From Pseudomonadota bacterium (GTDB taxonomy: Bacteria; Bdellovibrionota; Bdellovibrionia; Bdellovibrionales; SG-bin7): a stretch of 24,344 nucleotides of DNA. The position numbers and the translations under genes are program-made. Positions 18,131 to 24,344 of this stretch are shown here, piece by piece. Numbering within the stretch: the stretch's first letter is position 1; each line of letters starts with the position of its first letter. The notes under the pieces were generated by a model, which saw nothing but the letters and a program-made list of their open reading frames with translations, did not search any database and was not told the origin of the DNA. The stretch spans positions 1 through 24,344 of the forward strand of contig JAWXAY010000026.1 of the NCBI GenBank assembly GCA_034439715.1, in the 5' to 3' direction.

Positions 18131-18963
18131 GGGCGCTATTTTTTTTACTCACCGTGATTACGACCGGCTGTAATCACCTTTTTTATTATCCACAAAAAGA
18201 GTTATTTTTTCCGCCAGAAAAAATGGGATTGACCTACCGGGCAGAGAAACTTAAGACCCAAGATAATGTAAATATTGTGGCCTGGGTGTTTCCGACAAAC
18301 CAAAAGAAAGTAAAGGGCACAGTTCTACAATTTCATGGCAACGCTGAGAACATGAGCTCCCACTACCTCTCAGTCATGTGGTTGATTAAGCAGGGTTACA
18401 ATCTCGTCACCTTTGACTATCGTGGATACGGCAGTTCTGAAGGCAAGCCGTCGCCTAAGGGTACCTATTTCGACGGGCTAAGCGCCTTAGAACTAGCGTG
18501 GAACACACACAAAAATTCATTGAACAAAAATCCTCAGGCAAAATTTGTCGTAATCGGTATGAGTCTCGGCGGCACCATTGCCATGAGAAGTCTAATGGAC
18601 TTTAAACATATCGGCGATGTTTCTATGTTGGTATTCGATTCCTCGTTTTATTCCTACCGAAGAGTGGCAAATTCAGTAGTGCGGAAGACACTTATTGGTA
18701 CAATCATTAGCCCCCTCACCTGGGTCTTGATTTCTGATGAATATAGTGGCAAAAATTTTCTAAAAACCACGACTTTGCCCGTTCTTGTAGTTCATGACCA
18801 AAGCGACCCCGTGGTACCTTTAGAAAACGGTTTGCAAACCTACAGTTTAATAAAATCAAAAAAGGAAATCTGGCAGCCCAATCTTGGGCGCCACACAGGC
18901 ACATTTGCCGACGATCAGAGCGAATGGAGAAAAAAGCTTCTTAGCCATATTGAATCTTTGTAA
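18127..18963 (+). CDS. Alpha/beta hydrolase lipoprotein
   Basis: TGCNHLFYYP lipobox; FHGNAEN, FDYRGYG, GMSLGG nucleophile, DPVVP, GRH. Confidence 0.92.
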   Translation: MRALFFLLTVITTGCNHLFYYPQKELFFPPEKMGLTYRAEKLKTQDNVNIVAWVFPTNQKKVKGTVLQFHGNAENMSSHYLSVMWLIKQGYNLVTFDYRGYGSSEGKPSPKGTYFDGLSALELAWNTHKNSLNKNPQAKFVVIGMSLGGTIAMRSLMDFKHIGDVSMLVFDSSFYSYRRVANSVVRKTLIGTIISPLTWVLISDEYSGKNFLKTTTLPVLVVHDQSDPVVPLENGLQTYSLIKSKKEIWQPNLGRHTGTFADDQSEWRKKLLSHIESL

Positions 18964-18990
18964 TTTATGCTTTACCTTAAATTCCTCAGT

Positions 18991-19082
18991 GCCCGGGTGG
19001 CGAAATTGGTAGACGCACAGGACTTAAAATCCTGAGGTTCCAGTAATGGGCCGTGTCAGTTCAAGTCTGACTCCGGGCACCA
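18991..19082 (+). tRNA. tRNA-Leu (anticodon TAA)
   Basis: Acceptor GCCCGGG/TCCGGGC plus A-CCA; D-arm GGCGAAATTGGTAGACGC; anticodon arm CAGGA-CTTAAAA-TCCTG; long variable arm; T-arm GTCAG-TTCAAGT-CTGAC. Confidence 0.97.
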
Positions 19083-19540
19083 CTTGTTACAGTACACGAA
19101 CCCACACGCCTTAAATTTGAAGAATCAGTCGGGGCATAGACCCCGAGCCTGATTTTAGTGGGATAAAGCTCTGCAAACTTAATTAGATTAGAAAAAATAG
19201 GCCGTCTGGTTTCTACAGAGACCTTTTCTAAGTTGTTTATGGCCCTTCTAACCCTAAAAAGTAATTCGTTCTGATCGATTGCACCTGATAAGGCACTTCT
19301 CGTTGGTAAAACAGATTTATTTTCTCCCATTATTTCATAAAGTCCTAATTCTGGTCCGTGAAAATACATGAATCTGTCATAACTCTTTTTAATTTGTGAA
19401 AGTTCAGAAATTTGGCAGAGCGATGGCAGGGCGACCCTGTAATCCGCACCCCTCCTTATTGTTAATTCTGGAGACTGTGCCAAAACAGGTAAAGCACTAA
19501 AACTAAATAAGAAGTAGACGCTCAAGCCAAATGTTTTCAT
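19061..19540 (-). CDS. Hypothetical, probably chimeric ORF: signal-peptide N-terminus fused to a serine-recombinase-like C-terminal remnant
   Basis: Starts MKTFGLSVYFLFSFSALPVLAQ; ends LEKVSVETRRPIFSNLIKFAELYPTKIRLGVY...GSCTVTSGARSQT, crossing the att core and stopping in the tRNA T-loop. Confidence 0.5.
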   Translation of the reverse strand: MKTFGLSVYFLFSFSALPVLAQSPELTIRRGADYRVALPSLCQISELSQIKKSYDRFMYFHGPELGLYEIMGENKSVLPTRSALSGAIDQNELLFRVRRAINNLEKVSVETRRPIFSNLIKFAELYPTKIRLGVYAPTDSSNLRRVGSCTVTSGARSQT

Positions 19541-19889
19541 TTAAAGTTCACGCTGCAACTAGCACCATTTCCACGAATCATAGTATTTAAAACGCCAAGT
19601 CCAATATTTTCAAAAAGGTTCGCAACTTCAGTTTTCTTAGCAGATGGGAATTATGCGACTTCCGACGAAAACGACTCTTTAAAGTCAAAAGCCCTGCATT
19701 ACTAGAAAGACCTCAATTTAGGTACCTGGCTGAATAATCATTCCCAGCGCTAAAACAGCTTAATTTGGCCAAGGAAGGATTCCTTTTTTGGTCACTTTAA
19801 AAGCATTGGCCCTCTCTATTAAGGTTTAAATTGAATTGAATTAACATTTTTATTGCTCATAAAAGTGTTCCATAAAGGAGTAAATATTT

Positions 19890-20342
19890 ATGATCAGGTC
19901 GAATTCTCTATTTCTATTAGTGATTGCATTCAGCTCCAACACATTTGCTGATATTATTTATGCGGAGATACTTTGCGCTCAATCCAAAGCGAAAAGCACA
20001 ATAGTAATCAATGAACGTATAAAGGAATTTACAAGTAGGCCCTTGAAGCACGGAGAAGTTGCCCATGTGTCTGCGCCTGGCATGTCAAACTGGAATTCAG
20101 AAAATCGGATATGTGTAACTTCATCAGTTCGTACTTCTACGGTAAATATTTCTAATGGACTTGGAGACTCAATAGTTCTCTGCGCCGCCGACAAGGCACG
20201 TAGTGAGGTTAGTATAAATCAGCAAATAGCAACTACAATTTCGAAATCACAGAGTAGTGGGTTTCCCATACTTGAAATTTCTCAACCGGCTCAGTCTAAT
20301 TGGAATTCGGAAAACCGAATCTGTGTGACACTTAGTTACTAA
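19890..20342 (+). CDS. Secreted hypothetical protein with an internally duplicated domain
   Basis: AAGGAG RBS, signal peptide, two copies of LCA...IN...SNWNSENRICVT that differ only synonymously in the 12-aa motif. Confidence 0.85.
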   Translation: MIRSNSLFLLVIAFSSNTFADIIYAEILCAQSKAKSTIVINERIKEFTSRPLKHGEVAHVSAPGMSNWNSENRICVTSSVRTSTVNISNGLGDSIVLCAADKARSEVSINQQIATTISKSQSSGFPILEISQPAQSNWNSENRICVTLSY

Positions 20343-20507
20343 ACTCATCGGTTTAAATTACCTAGTCAGATGGTCGATGGTCTCTTTAAAGCCATTGGCT
20401 GCCTTTAGGACAAACTACTAAAAAACTTTGATCTAGAACACATAGTTATCAAAATTTATTCGCTTCTTCCGGAATTACTGTGATACGCCTTAAATTATAA
20501 ATCCAAA

Positions 20508-20963
20508 TTATGGAAAAGATCTAATAAGAAATTTCGACTTACTAGGAAAGGCAGTAAAAGCGCGCGACATAGCCAAAGCTATATCATCTGTGTCTAACGT
20601 CAAAATCTCAACGGGGTCAAAATCAAGCGAGACGCCGCCCATATAAAAATCTGCGAAGTCATATTCGTTTTTATGAGTCGATTCACAGTAGCGTTCATAG
20701 AAAGCCCTCTCTCTTTTCTCATCAGTAGCATAAAGCTCAATGTGGAGATTACTTAAGTTCCTGCGGATATCTTTGGGCGAAATAGTTTTTCGGGTCTTAT
20801 AGAACAATTCGACCAAACAGGGCGTAACGATGTGTCTCGATGCATGAGGAAATTGATCGGCGTATTGAAACGCTTGCTCGGCTATTTTTTCTTCGGTTTT
20901 ATTTTTGTTAAAAAAGGCCACCAAAATGGAGGTATCAAAGAATAAGGCCTTTGGGTTACTCAA
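20508..20963 (-). CDS. PIN-domain (VapC-like) ribonuclease toxin
   Basis: FFDTSILVAFF, CLVEL, DFADFY, ILTLDTDD: the conserved PIN acidic residues. Confidence 0.85.
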   Translation of the reverse strand: MSNPKALFFDTSILVAFFNKNKTEEKIAEQAFQYADQFPHASRHIVTPCLVELFYKTRKTISPKDIRRNLSNLHIELYATDEKRERAFYERYCESTHKNEYDFADFYMGGVSLDFDPVEILTLDTDDIALAMSRAFTAFPSKSKFLIRSFP

Positions 20964-21253
20964 AAAAGAGAGTCCTTCACTTTTTTCCCCGCGTTCTCGC
21001 CGAGATCGACCTTTACCAATTTAGATGTGTCGGTGCCGCCCTCAGATAAAATGCCAAGACGCGAACGAATAACCGATTCTTTTGCATCGGGCGATAGGTG
21101 TGGAAGGTCGGTTTCGACTCGCTTACGAATGTCTTTTCCCATCTGTTCAATCTTCTTTCGATAGTCGGGAGCGCTAGCATTCAATCGGTTCTTCTCAAGC
21201 TCTGACATCTGGTCCACCTTATGAGACTGTCTACTTACCTTAATTTCGGACAC
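20960..21253 (-). CDS. Putative antitoxin, family not recognised
   Basis: 97 aa, charged, directly upstream of the PIN gene with a 4-bp start/stop overlap; GTG start uncertain. Confidence 0.6.
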   Translation of the reverse strand: MSEIKVSRQSHKVDQMSELEKNRLNASAPDYRKKIEQMGKDIRKRVETDLPHLSPDAKESVIRSRLGILSEGGTDTSKLVKVDLGENAGKKVKDSLF

Positions 21254-21288
21254 TTTTCGACAGCTAAATCGTTCAAATTCAATATAAT

Positions 21289-21311
21289 GGGTCTAATAAC
21301 AAATTAGACCC
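21289..21311. promoter_or_regulatory. Palindromic operator candidate upstream of the TA operon
   Basis: GGGTCTAAT-aacaa-ATTAGACCC, perfect 9-bp arms. Confidence 0.55.
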
Positions 21312-21340
21312 TTATAGTTAATATATGCAAACTATAGACC

Positions 21341-21470
21341 TATTGGGGACCATTCTTAATCCGACGTCGTTTTGCCAGCTCCGCGAGATTAAATCTTGGT
21401 CCCCGCCACTGAATTGGGTATTCTTCAACCCATGTCAGTAGTTCTTCCACCATAGGGCCACGGGCACCAC
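21341..21470 (+). repeat. 130-bp direct repeat copy 1 (P-arm plus core of the attP-like junction)
   Basis: 121/130 identical and ungapped against 23796-23925; ends in the tRNA 3'-end sequence CGGGCACCAC. Confidence 0.95.
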
Positions 21471-21509
21471 TTCATTGAGTAGACGAACTAGTAAGTTTAA
21501 AATTTTGGC

Positions 21510-23675
21510 CTACTGTTTTCTATAATATTGCGCCGAAAACTTTTTTAATTCTTCCTGCGCGCTGTCCAAAAATTTTTTTGCTGATTCAGCACTCTCGGTG
21601 GCCCACGGGGGCACTGCCCCCTCAAACCAGTGAGGATCTCTTACTTTCCCTATTAATTCAGTAGTAGTCAGTCCCTCAAACTCCCCCCCTTTCCTGATGA
21701 TCTTTTCGGTAGCACCCAACTCGTGGGTTGTAACAAAATATGAAAATTCAAAAGCGGAGCGCTGATCGTTGGGTAATCGGTCACGATACACTAGATAGTT
21801 TTTTCGTAATTCTACCCTCTGCGCTTTTGAAATATTAGAGTAATCATTAAAGAATCTTTCGTTACGAGCATGTACGTGATCGTGACGGTCGAAGTGATCA
21901 GGCCACATATCACGTCCATCGAACATTCCATTTTTACTAATTTTCCCTATGACATAACTGTCGGATCCATAAATTGAGTTAACCGCTGCTATCCCCATGT
22001 CTCCGTTAATTACCGGAATTTTCACTTGCATAGGAAAATCATCCGCGAATCTTAGAATTGGAGAAAAATAAGATGGATCCTGGTTTTTTGCTTTTCGAAA
22101 AAGCTCGTCGGTGCGCCAAGCGTCGGTGTCCATCACTCGGCGAACAAAGGCATCGTCAAGGTCACCTGCAATGCTTGTCCTTTTGCTCGCCGGGGTCATA
22201 AGAACGGATAGTCGATAGTTATATTCATTAAACCACTCATAACTTACTTTTTTATCTTTCACCCTGGCTGCAGCCTCCGCCGCAAATTCATCAAGAATCT
22301 TAAGTCGCCCCGCCACCTCAATATCTTGGCTTTCAATACTCTTCCTCGCAAAATTTAATGTGGGCTCGATTTTTTTTTCGAACTCAGGTATATGAGTCAT
22401 TATTGGATCAATCTTTCGAGCTCGCAGCAGCTTGGCAAGTTCTACTACTTCTTTGGCATCATCGCTTCCTACCATTAGGCGCTCCAGTATAACAGTGTCC
22501 TTTGTAACTTTTGGTCCCTTTGGCTTAAGTCCCTTCTCGGCTTGGGCAACTCGTTCAATGGCTACGGCAACTTCACCTTTTGAAACTGAATCGGTTATCT
22601 TCTTAACTTTACTTATTTTTCCGACTGCACCAATGGGAACGAACCCCGTTCCTATTTCAGCCAAGATACGACAGATGACCTTCACTTTCGCTTCGGTCTT
22701 ATAACAAATAAATTCTTTATACTGATTTTCCACAAAGGAAACGAAAGCACTTGATTTGTCTTTTTCAGTGGCAAAAAAAGTACCCAGAGCCGCAGAGGCT
22801 TGGAGAGCATGATACACAGTAGGAACGATTGGTCCCGCAACACTGTAGGCCAATTTCATGTATACCGAGTCTGTATTTATAGTAAAAGCATCAAGCATCG
22901 AACGCAAAGTATCCTTACCAGCGCCACCACATTCGCGACCTACAGATTCCCACGATATAAAAGTTTTTCGTTCCTCTGGTGTTGCTAGTTTTTCTGCAGG
23001 GATTTTGTCGGAACTGCATTGGGGGTCGTCATTTTGTGACGCTGTGCTTGGCGAAACCGTAGCTCCGCTTGGTTTCGTTTCGTTCGCAGAGGCAATAGAG
23101 ATTAAGTCTTTAAACAAAAATTCTAGATTATTTATATTGGCGGATTTGGTTCCAGATTCAAACGCCGGACTTAGCACACTTCTAAGTATACTTTCTAAAT
23201 CTATAAAAGTTTTGGCATTATCATTAGATACAGAAATCAAACTTACAAGATGTCTCTGCCGCTCAAAATGAAACTCAACAACTTTTGCGTTATGTTTTTT
23301 AACTGTGTACAAAATTTTTGAAATAAAGATGGGTGTTTTACCAATCTGCATTTCAATCATGGTCTCACTACGATGAAAGCCATCATTTTGGTCCGCGACG
23401 AAATCGCGAATTCTAAAAGCCGCAGCCTGCAAATCACTTTTATTGAGGTTTTTACTTATTGGTTCCGAAGTAATATAAAGAGCTCCCGTTTTCCCAAAGA
23501 CGGAAAACAAGGACCTTTGCATCGTCGGCTGGAGCTGGAGGCCAAGCTTTTTCGCGGATATTTCAATTTTGTTTATAAAGGTGCTTTGATCGGCATCAGA
23601 TAAAGTCGGGGAAAAACAAACTGAGATTACCATTAGTAAAAAAAGTTTTGGCATCTTAGAAAAACATAAGGGCAC
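21510..23675 (-). CDS. Large secreted hypothetical protein, multi-domain, with C-terminal His-rich motifs
   Basis: 721 aa; GGAGG RBS before GTG; signal-like N-terminus; Cys-containing middle; FDRHDHVH and FVTTHE near the C-terminus. Confidence 0.8.
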   Translation of the reverse strand: MPLCFSKMPKLFLLMVISVCFSPTLSDADQSTFINKIEISAKKLGLQLQPTMQRSLFSVFGKTGALYITSEPISKNLNKSDLQAAAFRIRDFVADQNDGFHRSETMIEMQIGKTPIFISKILYTVKKHNAKVVEFHFERQRHLVSLISVSNDNAKTFIDLESILRSVLSPAFESGTKSANINNLEFLFKDLISIASANETKPSGATVSPSTASQNDDPQCSSDKIPAEKLATPEERKTFISWESVGRECGGAGKDTLRSMLDAFTINTDSVYMKLAYSVAGPIVPTVYHALQASAALGTFFATEKDKSSAFVSFVENQYKEFICYKTEAKVKVICRILAEIGTGFVPIGAVGKISKVKKITDSVSKGEVAVAIERVAQAEKGLKPKGPKVTKDTVILERLMVGSDDAKEVVELAKLLRARKIDPIMTHIPEFEKKIEPTLNFARKSIESQDIEVAGRLKILDEFAAEAAARVKDKKVSYEWFNEYNYRLSVLMTPASKRTSIAGDLDDAFVRRVMDTDAWRTDELFRKAKNQDPSYFSPILRFADDFPMQVKIPVINGDMGIAAVNSIYGSDSYVIGKISKNGMFDGRDMWPDHFDRHDHVHARNERFFNDYSNISKAQRVELRKNYLVYRDRLPNDQRSAFEFSYFVTTHELGATEKIIRKGGEFEGLTTTELIGKVRDPHWFEGAVPPWATESAESAKKFLDSAQEELKKFSAQYYRKQ

Positions 23676-23795
23676 AGTTCCTCCTGGTTCCCTATATTTT
23701 TTTCGGCATAAGCAGAATGGATTAGCACAAGACTTTTGTCTGAATCTATAGTTAATCCCTTGGAAAGGACTGCCTTTGGACCTGACTGACTGATT

Positions 23796-23925
23796 TATTA
23801 GGGACCTTTCTCAACCCGACGTCGTTTTGCCAGCTCCGCAAGATTAATCCTTGGTTCCCGCCACTGAATTGGGTATGCTTCAACCCATGTCAGTAGTTCT
23901 TCCACCATAGGGCCACGGGCACCAC
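23796..23925 (+). repeat. 130-bp direct repeat copy 2 (attR-like junction)
   Basis: Matches 21341-21470; the sequence after the core is unrelated to that after the other two cores. Confidence 0.95.
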
Positions 23926-23928
23926 ACA

Positions 23929-23954
23929 ATATCTGATTTCGAGATATCGGATAT
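23929..23954 (+). terminator. Hairpin directly after the last core, possibly the original tRNA 3' trailer
   Basis: ATATCTGAT-ttcgagat-ATCGGATAT, 9-bp stem with one G-U pair; only a short T run follows. Confidence 0.4.
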
Positions 23955-23975
23955 CAACTTTAAATAAGGAGACTT

Positions 23976-24344
23976 ATGAAAAACATTATTGCACTTTTCA
24001 TCCTTGGCTTTTCTCTCAATTCCCTTGCCGACTGTATGGAGAATTCTAATTACCCTACCGTTAGCAAAACCGATCTACAAAAAATCGCCGAAAACAAATC
24101 TGCATTTATCATCGATGTAAATTCTGATGACAGTTACAAAAAATCTCATGTCCCCGGCGCCGTTCATTTTGATGCGATCGAAAAAACTTTCGCAACAAGT
24201 CTTCCTGCTGACAAAAATGCCGAGATCATCACGTACTGTGGATCTACAATGTGCTCGGCGTGGCAGAAAGCCGCACGCAAAGCATGTAAGCTTGGCTACA
24301 AAAATATTAAACACTTCAAAGAAGGTATCGCGGGCTGGAATAAG
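23976..24344 (+). CDS. Exported rhodanese-like domain protein (3' end outside window)
   Basis: Translated by hand: MKNIIALFILGFSLNSLA...FIIDVNS...SHVPGAVH...IITYCGSTMCSAW...LGYKNIKHFKEGIAGW; TAAGGAG RBS. Confidence 0.9.
   Translation, partial: MKNIIALFILGFSLNSLADCMENSNYPTVSKTDLQKIAENKSAFIIDVNSDDSYKKSHVPGAVHFDAIEKTFATSLPADKNAEIITYCGSTMCSAWQKAARKACKLGYKNIKHFKEGIAGWNK

Larger units (their letters stand above)
19074..21470. mobile_element. Integrase-less integrative element 1 at the tRNA-Leu 3' end (2387 bp core to core)
   Basis: Bounded by CGGGCACCACTT at 19074 and 21461; carries a TA pair and hypothetical genes; no intact recombinase. Confidence 0.75.
21461..23925. mobile_element. Integrase-less integrative element 2 (2455 bp core to core), single cargo gene
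   Basis: Bounded by CGGGCACCAC at 21461 and 23916; same left and right terminal sequences as element 1. Confidence 0.75.

Noticed and set aside
21340..21453. 37-aa ORF (and 36-aa copy at 23798-23908) as an independent small gene
   Set aside because: No clear RBS and 7 of 9 differences are non-synonymous or nonsense; better read as a relic recombinase tail.
21371..21469. Repeat arm as a functional second tRNA
   Set aside because: Ends in CCA but has no 7-bp acceptor stem, D-loop or canonical T-loop.
22432..23603. Plus-strand ORFs inside the 721-aa gene as possible immunity genes
   Set aside because: Fully antisense to a long ORF, with composition typical of shadow frames.
21341..23925. 130-bp repeats as a CRISPR array, integron attC sites or IS ends
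   Set aside because: Only two long direct copies 2.4 kb apart; no cas, intI or transposase; no RYYYAAC/GTTRRRY bottom-strand hairpin recognised.
19074..23925. Prophage or phage satellite
   Set aside because: No structural, replication, primase or intact integrase genes in either unit.
24075..24314. Minus-strand 79-aa ORF
   Set aside because: Antisense to the rhodanese gene, which has an RBS, a signal peptide and family motifs.

Overview
Bacterial chromosomal segment, probably Bdellovibrionota/Oligoflexia-like (inferred from the many secreted and lipoprotein hypotheticals). Positions 1-18963 are mostly ordinary chromosome: deoC plus two aldehyde dehydrogenase genes, lipoproteins (one with LysM), DksA/TraR, a PIG-L deacetylase, a transglutaminase-elicitor-family protein, a heme-c/TPR lipoprotein, a CBS-USP-HPF-CBS-CBS stress cluster, an orphan histidine kinase, S1/P1 nuclease, sterol desaturase, MarC, a cytochrome c and an alpha/beta hydrolase. 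Three candidate sigma-54 promoters lie in this part. The notable part starts at tRNA-Leu(TAA), 18991-19082. Its 3' end (CGGGCACCAC) recurs at 21461 and 23916, each time at the end of a 130-bp, 93%-identical repeat. The three junctions read as attL (tRNA), attP-like (middle) and attR. They define two tandem integrase-less elements of 2387 and 2455 bp. The middle junction has large-serine-recombinase attP geometry. A probable recombinase C-terminal remnant reads through the core, in frame with an alternative tail encoded in the repeat. Cargo is a PIN toxin-antitoxin pair, a small secreted protein with a duplicated domain, and a 721-aa secreted protein. The window ends in a partial rhodanese gene.
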